Virus record (IMG/VR): IMGVR_UViG_3300037339_000276
Span: 1-57,785 of that record
Reading direction: 5' to 3' (one strand)
DNA from: a virus
Lineage: Duplodnaviria > Caudoviricetes
DNA length: 57,785 bases
Both the position numbers and the translations under genes were made by a program. The notes under the pieces are model-generated. The model did not search any database. It was not told where the DNA came from and was given only the letters and a program-made list of their open reading frames with translations. This document shows positions 32,919 through 43,672 of this stretch, in pieces (the first letter of the stretch is position 1; the number at the start of each line of letters is the position of its first letter).

Positions 32919-34215
32919 CAGTCCTGCCCGTTTCCGAGTAGTTGACGCCGGTCGCCGGTTTGGGAAATCACTTCTAGGCGGCCGAGAGGTCTTCGCACAA
33001 GCTGTAATTCCAGACTCTTACATCTGGATAGTTGGTCCTACCCTAGACTTAGCCGAGAAAGAATTCCGTGTTGCATGGAAGCTTATCGTTGACCAGGAAC
33101 TAATTCCAGTTCGGCGGAAATCAGAACGAGAACTATTCATGCAACTTCAGAATGGTACTACCATTGAGTGCCGTTCTGAAGAGAACCCCGATCAGTTAAT
33201 TGGAGAGGGGTTAGATCTTGTCGTCTGCGCAGAAGCTGCAAGGCTTAAATATCGTACTTGGGACCAGTATCTGCGTCCTGCTCTGGCAGACCGGAGAGGC
33301 GACGCTCTTCTTACTTCTACTCCTCGTGGTTTTAATTGGTTCTTTGATTTCTTCAATCGCGGCCAAGTAGATCACCCCGACTACCAGCCTGGGTGGGAGA
33401 GCTGGCAAATCCCATCATCTGAGAACCCACTGCTAGGTGAGGAAGAAATAGAACTTGCTAGACGTACTTCTACTCCTGAGGCATTCGCACAGGAATGGGA
33501 GGCCAAGTTCATTTCGTATGGCGGTCTAGTCTTTCCAGAATTCGATCAAAATATCCACGTCAGGTCACACATCTATAATCCCTCACTCCGTACTTCCCTG
33601 TGGATCGACCCAGGTACATCCGCCCCATACTGCGTCCTACTCGTTCAGATTACACCTGAGGAGGAGGTACGGGTCCTTGATGAGATCTATCTTACTCAGT
33701 ACACTTCCGACCGCATTATTCTTATCGCGGAAGAGAAGTGGGGACCCTACCTCTTCAACGACTACGGGCGGCCGAAAGTTGAACTCGACGTTGTTATCGA
33801 CAAGGCAGCGGCTGAAGCTGCTGCTACTTGGCGACTTCGCGGCTATCGGGCGTGGGGAGAAAAGCCAACTATCAAGAAGGGACTTGAGGTACACCACCAG
33901 TTCCTTCGCGATCCACTACGATCCACGGACGGGAACGTTGTACCGAGAATTACTTACGACCCGAAATGCGTCAATGCCATCAAAGAGCACGGTCAGTATC
34001 ATTATCCCGATGAAATCAGAAAGCGAATAGATACAAATCCCACAGAGAATCCAGTGGATGTAGATAACCACGCAATAGATGCTGTTAGGTATGGATACTA
34101 CAATACTTTTCCTGCCCTCTTCAATGAGGACCCGAAACACGAAGAAGTTCAATACTTGGATTATGAAGAATTTGATCCCGGGATTCGCCAGAGAGTGAGC
34201 TTGGGGGATTATTAG
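32794..34215 (+). CDS. terL: Terminase large subunit (start may be the ATG at 32812)
   Basis: AGRRFGKS Walker A, CAEAA Walker B variant, STPRG, WIDPG, DNHAIDAVRY. Confidence 0.93.
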   Translation: MLAPHSMIQSSQRSSLRTPLQKSRIFRSLNLTVLPAQAKIHSSPARFRVVDAGRRFGKSLLGGREVFAQAVIPDSYIWIVGPTLDLAEKEFRVAWKLIVDQELIPVRRKSERELFMQLQNGTTIECRSEENPDQLIGEGLDLVVCAEAARLKYRTWDQYLRPALADRRGDALLTSTPRGFNWFFDFFNRGQVDHPDYQPGWESWQIPSSENPLLGEEEIELARRTSTPEAFAQEWEAKFISYGGLVFPEFDQNIHVRSHIYNPSLRTSLWIDPGTSAPYCVLLVQITPEEEVRVLDEIYLTQYTSDRIILIAEEKWGPYLFNDYGRPKVELDVVIDKAAAEAAATWRLRGYRAWGEKPTIKKGLEVHHQFLRDPLRSTDGNVVPRITYDPKCVNAIKEHGQYHYPDEIRKRIDTNPTENPVDVDNHAIDAVRYGYYNTFPALFNEDPKHEEVQYLDYEEFDPGIRQRVSLGDY

Positions 34216-34374
34216 ATGGATCTATTCCCTATGACGATTGATTTACCTTTCTGGGTAGCTATACACGCCGCGTTCCTTCTAGGAATAGTTTTTGGTCTGG
34301 TTTTAGGGCTTTGGGTAATACCAGCATTAGTAGATGCCTCGTCTAAGAACAGGCGTAGGCGAGATGGACAATGA
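34216..34374 (+). CDS. 52-aa membrane peptide (not in ORF track)
   Basis: MDLFPMTIDLPFWVAIHAAFLLGIVFGLVLGLWVIPALVDASSKNRRRRDGQ, starts right after the terL stop. Confidence 0.6.
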   Translation: MDLFPMTIDLPFWVAIHAAFLLGIVFGLVLGLWVIPALVDASSKNRRRRDGQ

Positions 34375-34606
34375 AAAACTTCCCTCGCCTGAATCAAAAC
34401 CATCAAAGCCATACTCCAGAGAAACAGATTATCATCACGCTAGAATAGGAGCTGGGGCTGCTCTAGTTTTTGTGGTAGTTCTGATTCTTCTACTAGATGC
34501 AATATCTACTGAGTATGAAACAAGTCCCATTGTTCTTGCATCTCTACTGGGAACTATAGCGGCGCTGATGGGCGTTGAAGTTCGCGCCATCGGAGGTAGA
34601 AAGTGA
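34364..34606 (+). CDS. Two-TM membrane protein
   Basis: From MDNEK in track ORF 34334-34606; two hydrophobic helices; GTGA coupling to portal. Confidence 0.65.
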   Translation: MDNEKLPSPESKPSKPYSRETDYHHARIGAGAALVFVVVLILLLDAISTEYETSPIVLASLLGTIAALMGVEVRAIGGRK

Positions 34607-36465
34607 ATCAAATCCAAGAAGCTATAGCCCGAGTGACTGGGGTTTCAGACATTGTTGATGGTCTGAGCACCCAGTTAGAATCCGTGCAGCGATCTAATGT
34701 ATTACTTCAGCATCAGATTGAGGACCTTGACTACCTCAATATGTATGATCTTCAGGGGATAGCTGAGGTTCTACCGTTAGGTGATCGCAAGAAGTACATC
34801 AATCGCATGCGTAGGATGCGGCATGAGAATCCACTAGCCAAGCAGTCTGTAAAGCTAATCCTACGATTTACTCTCGGCAGGGGAGTTCAGATCAGTATCG
34901 GCCCTGATCCTGAACAGGCCTTGGAAGATGCCGGTGATATAGAATTACCAGATGACGATGAAACGGATGACTCAGACTCTCCTAAGCTGAATGGCCTATT
35001 CCCAGGCCCTAGGAATAACAGCTCACGTCCCACCGCCAATCTCAAGCCATTACCTCGGTCCCGTCCACAGGTCAGCGAGCAGGTAGATACCGAGGGGGAT
35101 GACCAGCTCAAGGAAATAATCAATTCTTTCTGGAAGGATTCAGAGAATCAAGTGGCATTAACATCCAAAGAGGCCATGAAAGACTGGTTGGATGGTAATG
35201 TAACTGATGGAGAGAAATTCTTCGTCTGTTTCGAGGGTACCTCAGCCCCATATATTAAACTGACAGAGATTCCACTTGAGGAAATAGATACCGTTATCTA
35301 CCACCCTGAAAACCGTCTAATTCCAGCTTACTATCGACGTGTATTTCAGAACTTAATCTATGAAGACGGGCAGTATAAGCTAGACGGTGAGCCCAAGATT
35401 CTTCACTATCTTGACTACAATCTAAGTGAAGAACAAATAGCCCTCATTAAAACTAAGGTAAAGATTAAAGCTAGTGAATTAGCCCCAGAAGAACAGCGCA
35501 TCTTCCACACAATGGTCAACCCTCTGTGGACGAAAGCCGGCCGTCGTGGGATCTCAGAACTATTCGCTTCTCGTGAATGGTTCAGGGTTTACAAAGAATT
35601 CATGGAAGATCGTGCAGCTATTAACTCAGCTGCTACTTCTATTGCTTTCAAGCGTAAGGTGAAGGCTGGACCAACAGGCGTTGCTCAGTTCCAAGGCAAG
35701 TTTGGTGGACTTGACGTTGGTTATGAGAACCCTGAGAATTCTTCGGAAGTTCGTAAGCTAACTAAGCCAACTTCAGCTTCTGTCTATGATTCTAATCCAG
35801 CTATAGATATGGAATGGATGAAGACAGATACCGGAGCAGTTAATGCCGAGAAGGATGGACGGGCCATTCTCATGGCGGCTGGTTCTGGTACTGGTATCTT
35901 TGCTCATTACTATGGAGAAGGCGGCGATTCTAATCTAGCGACCGCACAGGCCATGGAACTGCCGATGGTGAAGACTTTCGAGGATTGGCAGGAATGGGTA
36001 AACACATATCTCGTAGCTATGCTTTTCTACGTCATACGAATCGCCACGGACATAGAGAACGCAAAGAAACAGATAGAAAGAGTCAGCGGTACATTCCCGC
36101 CCCTTATCTCTCAGGACGTTGTGAAGTACACTACGGCGTGGTCACAGGTTGTTCAGAATGTTGCCCCAGGCAACAAGATAGTCCACCGTGAAGCCATCCG
36201 TGGTGCTTTAACTGTTATGAATGTTCCCAACGTAGATGCAATGATGACACAGATAGAAGCCGAAGAAAAGGCTTTAGAAATACAACGTCAAGCTCAAAAA
36301 CAAGCTATGATGGATGCCCTGTCTAAGCAGCCTACTCCTGACCCAACTCAGAATGGTAACGGCTTCCACGCTCGTGATGGAAATGCTCAGGGACTACCGC
36401 CAGATCTTGCCACTGTTGCTAAAGGCAACCCGGCTCCTGAGAGAAATGGCCCAAAACCAGCCTAG
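34603..36465 (+). CDS. Portal protein
   Basis: 620 aa after terL; ENPLAKQSV, DGEKF, RGISEL, NLATAQAM patterns. Confidence 0.8.
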   Translation: MNQIQEAIARVTGVSDIVDGLSTQLESVQRSNVLLQHQIEDLDYLNMYDLQGIAEVLPLGDRKKYINRMRRMRHENPLAKQSVKLILRFTLGRGVQISIGPDPEQALEDAGDIELPDDDETDDSDSPKLNGLFPGPRNNSSRPTANLKPLPRSRPQVSEQVDTEGDDQLKEIINSFWKDSENQVALTSKEAMKDWLDGNVTDGEKFFVCFEGTSAPYIKLTEIPLEEIDTVIYHPENRLIPAYYRRVFQNLIYEDGQYKLDGEPKILHYLDYNLSEEQIALIKTKVKIKASELAPEEQRIFHTMVNPLWTKAGRRGISELFASREWFRVYKEFMEDRAAINSAATSIAFKRKVKAGPTGVAQFQGKFGGLDVGYENPENSSEVRKLTKPTSASVYDSNPAIDMEWMKTDTGAVNAEKDGRAILMAAGSGTGIFAHYYGEGGDSNLATAQAMELPMVKTFEDWQEWVNTYLVAMLFYVIRIATDIENAKKQIERVSGTFPPLISQDVVKYTTAWSQVVQNVAPGNKIVHREAIRGALTVMNVPNVDAMMTQIEAEEKALEIQRQAQKQAMMDALSKQPTPDPTQNGNGFHARDGNAQGLPPDLATVAKGNPAPERNGPKPA

Positions 36466-36513
36466 ATTGAGAAGAAGGCTTATCCCTAGAGAAATCTGTG
36501 GGGTTACAGGAAT

Positions 36514-36858
36514 ATGCACGAGGCCGCCTTTACATCCAGGCCATCACGGCGGATTTCTTATTTTCAAACTAGAGAACCTACAGAAAGAGAAATTGAAATC
36601 TTCCTTGTCACCATTGAGCTCGGTGATAAGGGAGCAGCAGAAAGATTCGGAATAAGTTTTCAGACTGTTAAGAATCATATGGCTAATCTAAGAGAGAAAC
36701 TGCAGGCAAACAACAGAAGTCATGTAGCCTGGCTTCTGTGGCCTAAGTATGGTGAAGTTTTAAGCAAATTAGATTTTGCATATGATAAGAATAAGTGGGG
36801 AAGGCTCTACGGTCCTAATAATCGTAGAATGGGTAGAGATAGAAGAAATGGTGCTTGA
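36514..36858 (+). CDS. LuxR-type HTH regulator
   Basis: PTEREIEI...GISFQTVKNHMANLREKL.ANNR. Confidence 0.8.
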   Translation: MHEAAFTSRPSRRISYFQTREPTEREIEIFLVTIELGDKGAAERFGISFQTVKNHMANLREKLQANNRSHVAWLLWPKYGEVLSKLDFAYDKNKWGRLYGPNNRRMGRDRRNGA

Positions 36859-37558
36859 TCGTGTCTTTCAGGGCCGTGACTCATACCTTCAGCCTTACAG
36901 CCCATCCTTCGGAGGACTGGATCGAGATGTCATCCGAGAAACTTTCAGGCTTACTGCGCGACGCTTTCGTGATAGACTGTTACACCTCTTGGATGATCTT
37001 GCCGCCGGTCGTACTGATGTTCAGGGATTCAATAGGGCTCTACCCAGAATATTCCGAGATGGATTCGGAATTACTTTTGCACTAGGCGCTCTTTCTATAG
37101 ATCCATTCCATACTCTAACTCTTCGTGATATTCGTGTCATTGAAGAAGAGATATCTCAGCAGAAGCGATTCCTCCGAGCTTTTGCCAAGGAGATTGCCGG
37201 AGGCTTTTACGTACTAGATCCAGTCCAGAGAAGTAGCCTTTACTTACAATCTCTTAGGGGTATGTTCGAGTTAGGGAGAATAGAGGCTTTACCTTCTGGG
37301 CCATACGAGTGGCAACTGAATGATACGGAGCATTGCCTCCCATGTATTCAAGCTTCTCTTAACGGACCATATCAAAGAGAAAGATATTCCGGTCTCGGAT
37401 TACCAGTTATTCCTGGCATTCCTGGATCTGGTGATCTTTGTCGCGGCCTTACTCGCTGTGGTTGTACGATTAAACTGAGTGGGGCTCCGATACCAAATGT
37501 TCAATTACAACAGGAGATACGAGATGTGCTAGCTGAGGTTATACATGACACAAGCTGA
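36776..37558 (+). CDS. Putative minor head (MuF-like) protein; start probably near 36848
   Basis: After portal; EHCLPC...PGSG..C...CGC. Confidence 0.55.
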   Translation: MHMIRISGEGSTVLIIVEWVEIEEMVLDRVFQGRDSYLQPYSPSFGGLDRDVIRETFRLTARRFRDRLLHLLDDLAAGRTDVQGFNRALPRIFRDGFGITFALGALSIDPFHTLTLRDIRVIEEEISQQKRFLRAFAKEIAGGFYVLDPVQRSSLYLQSLRGMFELGRIEALPSGPYEWQLNDTEHCLPCIQASLNGPYQRERYSGLGLPVIPGIPGSGDLCRGLTRCGCTIKLSGAPIPNVQLQQEIRDVLAEVIHDTS

Positions 37559-37754
37559 TCCAATTCCCATTTGGAGGAGAATAGACTTCATTAGAGAAGT
37601 TCTCCAGCAAACGGGCTATAGCTCTGAAGATATCCTTTCGTTATCTATCAGCGACAGGATTATCATGATGAGAAATGGCGGTAAGTACAGATTGGCAGAT
37701 GGCGAGATAGAGCACTTAGCTGGGCCTTCTCCAGATCCAAGCGAAAGGATGTAA
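37545..37754 (+). CDS. Hypothetical protein (NGGKY paralog 1)
   Basis: Similar to the next ORF. Confidence 0.65.
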   Translation: MTQADPIPIWRRIDFIREVLQQTGYSSEDILSLSISDRIIMMRNGGKYRLADGEIEHLAGPSPDPSERM

Positions 37755-37756
37755 TA

Positions 37757-37999
37757 ATGGCGGATGATGTAATACCGGTTGAGAATACTACAGCTTCTCA
37801 GGAACGTATAGAGCGATTTCTCAAGCTTAGTGGCTATAAGGCCACTGATCTGACTAGTACTAATAAGAACACTGGTAACTTCACTACTGACAATGGCGGG
37901 AAGTACAACATGGACAAGGCTGGTAAGCGTATCACTACGCTTCTAGGTCCAGTTTACCCAAAGTTTGTCAAGGATGAAGAGGAGGGAGCTGACGAGTAA
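37757..37999 (+). CDS. Hypothetical protein (NGGKY paralog 2)
   Basis: Similar to the previous ORF. Confidence 0.65.
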   Translation: MADDVIPVENTTASQERIERFLKLSGYKATDLTSTNKNTGNFTTDNGGKYNMDKAGKRITTLLGPVYPKFVKDEEEGADE

Positions 38000-39163
38000 A
38001 TGCCGTTCGCTGAGTATAAGGACTTTGCTGACTGCGTAGCGAAGAACTCCGACAAGAAGGATCCGCAAGCATACTGCGGAACTATAAAAGCGGCGGCAGA
38101 AGGGAGTGGGTTGAAGCCAGGGATCATAGAAGACTTCAGGGCTATCGACCAGTTTGATCTTAACGAGTCAGAATTCTCTGTGGAAGAAGCTGACGACGGT
38201 AAGAAGAAGTTGGTTGCTAATGTTCGATTGATCAAATCGGGACTTTCAAAGAACCGACGCAATTATCGAGCAACAGCTCTGAAAGAATCAGTAGATAAAG
38301 GCATCTGGAATGGCGTCCGGATGTTTGCTAATCATAGCAAGACAGTTCCTCTTCAGCGACCTATGCAAGAAATGGTAGCGGCTGTAGAGAGTACTTCTTG
38401 GGATTCTAAAGCTGAATCAGTAGAAGCTAAGGTCGTATTCTTCAACAAGGACTTCTATGAGTTCGCTGAGCGAGCTAAGGAGTATATGGGGGATTCGATC
38501 AATGCTTTAGTTCAAGGCACTAGAACACGGGATAACCGTGGACAAGTCACGGAGGATATTCATCGAATAGTTCAGCCACACTCCGTTGACTTCGTGATCT
38601 ACCCCGCCGCTGGCGGAATGATTCACTCATTTGAAGGTGAAGGCGACATGATCGATTGGAGTTCTATAACTTCTAAGGATATCAAGGAGAATGCAGCAGC
38701 ATTGTACGATGCCATTAAGGCTGAAGTCATTGCTGAGACACCTCCACCTGATCCGCCCAAGGATCCAGAACCAACTGCTTCCGCTCTTACGCAGGAGCAG
38801 ATCAATGGACAGATTAAGGCAGCTATAGAAGCTCACGACAAGGAAGTTGCTGAGACTAATAGGAAGATTGCTGTCGTCAACGAGAAGATGTTATCAGCTT
38901 TCTCTAAGTCCGGTCTTCCTCTAGCTACTCAGAAGCGCGTTATGAATTCTTTCGAAGGCGTTACTGAGTTTGATGAAGAGGCAGTTAAGGAATCAATTGA
39001 AGCAGCTAAGGAGGAACTTGTAGCAGTTGGAGCTGGTCCACACATCACTGGTCAGGGACCATCCGGTGCAGCTGGTTCTTCCAGCGCTAAGTCGTTCTCG
39101 GTTAACGAGAGCATTGCAGGGGCCTTCGGAATGAAGCCTGCTAAGAAGGAAGGTGACAAGTAA
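38000..39163 (+). CDS. Capsid maturation protease / scaffold fusion
   Basis: SKNRRNY, MFANH, GDSINA, SVDFVIYPAAGG; helical C-terminal half. Confidence 0.8.
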   Translation: MPFAEYKDFADCVAKNSDKKDPQAYCGTIKAAAEGSGLKPGIIEDFRAIDQFDLNESEFSVEEADDGKKKLVANVRLIKSGLSKNRRNYRATALKESVDKGIWNGVRMFANHSKTVPLQRPMQEMVAAVESTSWDSKAESVEAKVVFFNKDFYEFAERAKEYMGDSINALVQGTRTRDNRGQVTEDIHRIVQPHSVDFVIYPAAGGMIHSFEGEGDMIDWSSITSKDIKENAAALYDAIKAEVIAETPPPDPPKDPEPTASALTQEQINGQIKAAIEAHDKEVAETNRKIAVVNEKMLSAFSKSGLPLATQKRVMNSFEGVTEFDEEAVKESIEAAKEELVAVGAGPHITGQGPSGAAGSSSAKSFSVNESIAGAFGMKPAKKEGDK

Positions 39164-39534
39164 TGTCCCGCACTGCAATCAACGCCGGACGGCGTATGAC
39201 CATCACAGCAGACCGAGCAATGGCTGCTGGAGACTTCGTTTATTTTCAGGGCTTCTTTGGTACAGTTGATGATGATGCCGCCTCTGGCGAGCTAGTCACG
39301 CTAATCCTCGATGCAGGGGTTCGGTCACTCAAGAATATCTTTGGTAGCACTATTCCACGTGGTACCAAGATGTTTGCGGCGCCGACTACAGCACCAGCCA
39401 CTACTCTTATTCTCTACCCGGCAGCTTCTGTGCCATCTGGCGGACTCCCTGTGGGTAGGGTTTGGGCAACAGGCGTTGCTTCGTCGGCTTCGGCAACTCT
39501 CAAGGTTGCTTTGTTCCATCCGAATGCTCAGTAA
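39163..39534 (+). CDS. Capsid decoration/cement protein (DUF2190-like)
   Basis: 123 aa, small-residue rich, between scaffold and capsid genes. Confidence 0.6.
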   Translation: MSRTAINAGRRMTITADRAMAAGDFVYFQGFFGTVDDDAASGELVTLILDAGVRSLKNIFGSTIPRGTKMFAAPTTAPATTLILYPAASVPSGGLPVGRVWATGVASSASATLKVALFHPNAQ

Positions 39535-39547
39535 GGAGATTAGCTAA

Positions 39548-40609
39548 ATGCGATATCACGGTGCTCTTCCAGGCAATCCACTTGGGCTTGCACCCGGAAC
39601 CCACGTTCGACTTTTCGATGGATATATCGAGGGTCGTGAATCGATCGAGACGATGGATGCAGAAGAGGCTATGTCCTTTTCTGACTTCCCTACTTACCTC
39701 AGTAAGTTCATTCGTCATACATTTCTCGATCGTTTCACTGAGGTTCAGGGCGCTTGGACACAGTACACTCGAGATTTCTCTCTTGAAGATTTCGAGACTT
39801 ATACTAGCTCTCGCTTCGGTCGGTTTGACGACATTCCACAGAAGGCTCTGGGCGCTGAGTACGATCAGCTGACTCTTCGGGAGTTCCCCGGTGAGTCGAT
39901 TGCACTGAAAGAGTTCGGTGCAGCCATAGTCGTTACCCGTGAGCTTATCATTGGTGACCGGCTCAATAAGATTGCTGAACTCCCCCGACTGGCAGCTGAA
40001 GCTCTTGCTCGCACAATGAGCAAGGATGCTGCTATTAACCAGTTCCAGGCTAATCCGACGATGTACGACGGTAATGCACTGTTCAGCTCTGCTCATGCTA
40101 ATCTTGGGGCTGCCACAGCTCTGACTGCTAATGATGCGGGGATGGCACTGCTTCAGGCTCTAGAGTTAAAGCTTGATAGCCAGGTTGATGATGAGGGTTA
40201 TAAGATCCAGACGCCTGGAGCCCCTTACAGCATCATTGCTCCAATTGATTATCGCTGGATTCTGAATGCACTCGTGAATAACGAGACAATTCTTAATGCA
40301 GCTGGTACCGTACTAGTTTCTAACCTGGTCCGTGGTAGGTACAACGTCATTGAAGAGCGATTCTTCACTGACGCAAACAACTACTACATGGCCTCTGATC
40401 TTAAGGGGCCTCTTGGGTTCCTTGCAGCCATTACACTGAATGGACAGACTACTCCATTCATTGGACTGAAGGACCCGGGTGTTCGTGGAGTCCTTGGTGG
40501 TAATGATCCATACACCTTCGACTTTGATGAAGTTGCATGGAAGTTACGCCATGACTTCTCGTTCAAGCCAGTTGAGTGGCGCGGGATAGCCGCTTCACTG
40601 CCAGCATAA
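39548..40609 (+). CDS. Major capsid protein (Mu gpT-like)
   Basis: SFSDFP, FGAAIVVTRELIIGD, DGNALFSSAHAN, WKLRHDF. Confidence 0.85.
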   Translation: MRYHGALPGNPLGLAPGTHVRLFDGYIEGRESIETMDAEEAMSFSDFPTYLSKFIRHTFLDRFTEVQGAWTQYTRDFSLEDFETYTSSRFGRFDDIPQKALGAEYDQLTLREFPGESIALKEFGAAIVVTRELIIGDRLNKIAELPRLAAEALARTMSKDAAINQFQANPTMYDGNALFSSAHANLGAATALTANDAGMALLQALELKLDSQVDDEGYKIQTPGAPYSIIAPIDYRWILNALVNNETILNAAGTVLVSNLVRGRYNVIEERFFTDANNYYMASDLKGPLGFLAAITLNGQTTPFIGLKDPGVRGVLGGNDPYTFDFDEVAWKLRHDFSFKPVEWRGIAASLPA

Positions 40610-40617
40610 TTTCCACG

Positions 40618-40653
40618 GTGGGGGCTCAGATTGGGCATAGTCTGGGCTCCCAC
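40618..40653 (+). terminator. Stem-loop after the capsid gene (partial terminator or stability element)
   Basis: gtgggggctcaga/tctgggctcccac; no T run. Confidence 0.5.
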
Positions 40654-40702
40654 ACAACTTCCAACGTGCTACTATGCACTATGATAGAGGAGACTGGCGG
40701 CA

Positions 40703-43669
40703 ATGGCAACTATTTCTCTTGGCATGATTGTACGGAATGAAGGACGTACTCTTAATGCCTGTCTTTCTTCTGTAGTTCCCCATGTTGATCAGATAGTCAT
40801 TGGTCTTGGCGGTAAGTCTGATGATGATACTGAAAAGATTATTCAAGAGTTCAAAGATGACGGTTATCCAATTGAAGTCTTTGAAATAGAGTGGCATGAG
40901 GACTTTGCAGAGGCAAGGAATTTAGTTCTTGAACGGTGTACTGGAGAATACTTTCTTTGGATAGATGGCGATGATACACTAGTCGGCGGAGAAAAGCTTC
41001 ATGACTACATCAACAACTATCCCAACCTAGACGCTTTCTACTTCGGATATGATTACGGACGTGATGAGAGCGGGTTAACCGTCTGCTATCTCATCAGGGA
41101 AAGACTAGTCAAGAGGCACCCAGAACTCCCTGTGGACTGGTCTTGGTCCGGTAAGGTTCACGAGGTTTTGATTCCAAAGTTTGAACAGGCGGTAATGAAG
41201 GTTGATGATGTAGTAGTCATTCACCATAAGCCGCCATTCAAACATGAACCTGACAGAAATTTACGGATTCTTTACCAGCAGCTAAGTGATTCTGAACCTA
41301 ATCCAGATCCTAGGCTGCTAGTATATCTTGGATCTGAAAACTTAGGTCGTGGGGAGACTAGAGAAGGAATTCTCCACCTCCAACGGTTTGTTAAACTTAG
41401 TGGTTGGGATGAAGAGCAATACCAAGCACAAGTGAGAATTTCTCACGCTTGGCGTAGTCTTGGTGAGATTGATAAATCCATCAAGGCTGCTCAAGAAGCT
41501 ATTGCTATGATGCCTGACTGGCCTGATGCTTATTTTGCGATGGCTAAGTCTTATGCTTCTGAACCACTTAGTAACTGGAAAACTGTTCTTGAGTATGTCA
41601 AGGTTGGGGTTTCTAAGCCTAAGCCCAGAACAATGCTTATCATTAACCCACTTGACTACACATATGAGCCTTCTCTTTTAATAGCATTGGCATATACTCA
41701 TCTTGGTGATTATGAGATTGCCTTGAAGAATTATGAGAATGCTTATGAACTCAAGCAGGACCCAGCAATAGCAGATCAGATAAGACTTCTTAGACGCTCA
41801 GTAGAAATGAATCTAGTTCAGCATGCTTTCATGACTCTTCGAGAATATCTTGGAAAGCATGATGAATGGCTAAAGGTTAGGAAGCTCTTTGATGTTGTTC
41901 CCAAGCATCTAGAACATAGTACTGCTATTAGAGAAGTCTGGGAACGGTCTATGCTTCAAACCGGACACATAGAAAATCCCCAGATAATGATAGATTTCTA
42001 TAACGATAATCCACACTGGACTCCTATGGCGGATGAGAGGATTCTCGATCCAGAGTGGTTGAAGTACCCACGATTGAAGTATGCAGTAGACGTTGCTAAG
42101 CGTGTTAAAGCCAAAACTATAGTAGATTGGGGGTGTTCTGATGGATTCATCGCACTCCCGCTCGCAAAAGAACTTGGAGCCCACGTTACCGGATTCGACC
42201 TTGATCCTCGTTGTACAGACCTTGCAACAGTACGAGCTAAGGAATGGGGAATTGATGCTCGTTTCGAAGTCGGTAACGTGGATGAGATCGGAGGATGGGA
42301 AGGTGAAAAAGCTGACCTTGCTATCTTCTTCGAAGTCATAGAACATGTAGTTGATCCCGCACAAACATTAACTAAACTAGAGAAGACTGCTAAACATATT
42401 GCCATGACTACTCCATATCTTTCTTGGGAAGATGGCAATATTCCAGCTTGGGATAAACTGGAACCAAAAGGACATCTTAGAATCTTTGACCAATACGACC
42501 TAGAGAGATTGCTCAATGGTCGTGGCCAGATTATGAATATCTACCGAGAACCATGGGGTCCCACAGGCTGGCTGTTTGCTGATTATAAGCCTGGTGTTAA
42601 ACTCGGCAAGACCATAATCATAGGCGCCCAATCAGGTTTAGAAGAATGGGGGCCAAGGAAGCTACAAACTGGTGGACTGGGCGGATCTGAACTAGCAGTT
42701 ATTAAGCTTGCTGAAGCTCTTGCTAGTAAAGATAGAAGGCCCATTGTCTATAATCCCATTGATGAGCCTGGATACTATAATGGGGTTTGTTATAGACCAG
42801 TTGACCATTTCAGGACAGAGATACACTCACAACTCTACATATCTTGGAGAATGCCCGAGGCAGCTGACTGGGGAATAAACACGGACCACTTATCCCTGTG
42901 GCTACATGACGTAGATTATGGTGATAGGCTTACTAAGGAACGTGCTTCTAGATTCAATTCCATAGTTGTTTTAACTAACTGGCATAAAGAACACGTCCTT
43001 TCAGTATACCCATTCATTGATCCTAAAAAGATCTTTGTTATAGGGAATGGTGTTGATAAGACTCGTTTTGAGTTAGATATGTCTAGAAATCACAAGAAGA
43101 TTATCTATTCATCTTCACCAGATAGAGGTTTAGATGTAATACTTGAACATATCTGGCCAAAGATAATAGAAGCCGTGCCAGACGCTGAACTTCATGTATA
43201 CTATGGCTGGGAAAGTTTTGATAAAGCTGCTTCCCTACCAGGTTACGGTCATTTAGTTCAGTTCCGGCAGAAAATGGATGAACTTTTTCTTAGATCTAAG
43301 AATGTAGTTCAGCATGGTAGGATTCCGCAAGACTTGTTAGCTAAGGAAATGCAGGAGGCATCTATTTGGCTTTATCCAACATACTTCTCTGAAACTTACT
43401 GCATTACTGCTATCGAAGCCCAGTTAGCTGGAGCAATACCTGTTACTAATAAACTTGCTGGGCTTAGTGAAACAGTTCAAGGCGGAATCAGTATAGATGG
43501 TAATGTTTATGACCCTGAAGTTCAGAAGTCATATGCTGAAGCTGTAATTCATCTACTAAATAGTGAAGAAGATAATGATCTTCGACAAACAATTAAGGAA
43601 TCAGCTCCCGCAGTTACTTGGGATCAGGTAGCAGCAAATTGGGAACAATTCCTAGTGAAGGAGAAATAG
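40703..43669 (+). CDS. Multidomain glycosyltransferase: GT2, TPR, SAM methyltransferase, GT4
   Basis: MIVRNE...DFAEARN...WIDGDD (GT2); helical TPR-like repeats; VDWGCSDG...FDLD...EVIEHV (MTase); GGSE...SSPDRGL...ETYCITAIEA (GT4). Confidence 0.88.
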   Translation: MATISLGMIVRNEGRTLNACLSSVVPHVDQIVIGLGGKSDDDTEKIIQEFKDDGYPIEVFEIEWHEDFAEARNLVLERCTGEYFLWIDGDDTLVGGEKLHDYINNYPNLDAFYFGYDYGRDESGLTVCYLIRERLVKRHPELPVDWSWSGKVHEVLIPKFEQAVMKVDDVVVIHHKPPFKHEPDRNLRILYQQLSDSEPNPDPRLLVYLGSENLGRGETREGILHLQRFVKLSGWDEEQYQAQVRISHAWRSLGEIDKSIKAAQEAIAMMPDWPDAYFAMAKSYASEPLSNWKTVLEYVKVGVSKPKPRTMLIINPLDYTYEPSLLIALAYTHLGDYEIALKNYENAYELKQDPAIADQIRLLRRSVEMNLVQHAFMTLREYLGKHDEWLKVRKLFDVVPKHLEHSTAIREVWERSMLQTGHIENPQIMIDFYNDNPHWTPMADERILDPEWLKYPRLKYAVDVAKRVKAKTIVDWGCSDGFIALPLAKELGAHVTGFDLDPRCTDLATVRAKEWGIDARFEVGNVDEIGGWEGEKADLAIFFEVIEHVVDPAQTLTKLEKTAKHIAMTTPYLSWEDGNIPAWDKLEPKGHLRIFDQYDLERLLNGRGQIMNIYREPWGPTGWLFADYKPGVKLGKTIIIGAQSGLEEWGPRKLQTGGLGGSELAVIKLAEALASKDRRPIVYNPIDEPGYYNGVCYRPVDHFRTEIHSQLYISWRMPEAADWGINTDHLSLWLHDVDYGDRLTKERASRFNSIVVLTNWHKEHVLSVYPFIDPKKIFVIGNGVDKTRFELDMSRNHKKIIYSSSPDRGLDVILEHIWPKIIEAVPDAELHVYYGWESFDKAASLPGYGHLVQFRQKMDELFLRSKNVVQHGRIPQDLLAKEMQEASIWLYPTYFSETYCITAIEAQLAGAIPVTNKLAGLSETVQGGISIDGNVYDPEVQKSYAEAVIHLLNSEEDNDLRQTIKESAPAVTWDQVAANWEQFLVKEK

Positions 43670-43672
43670 TTC

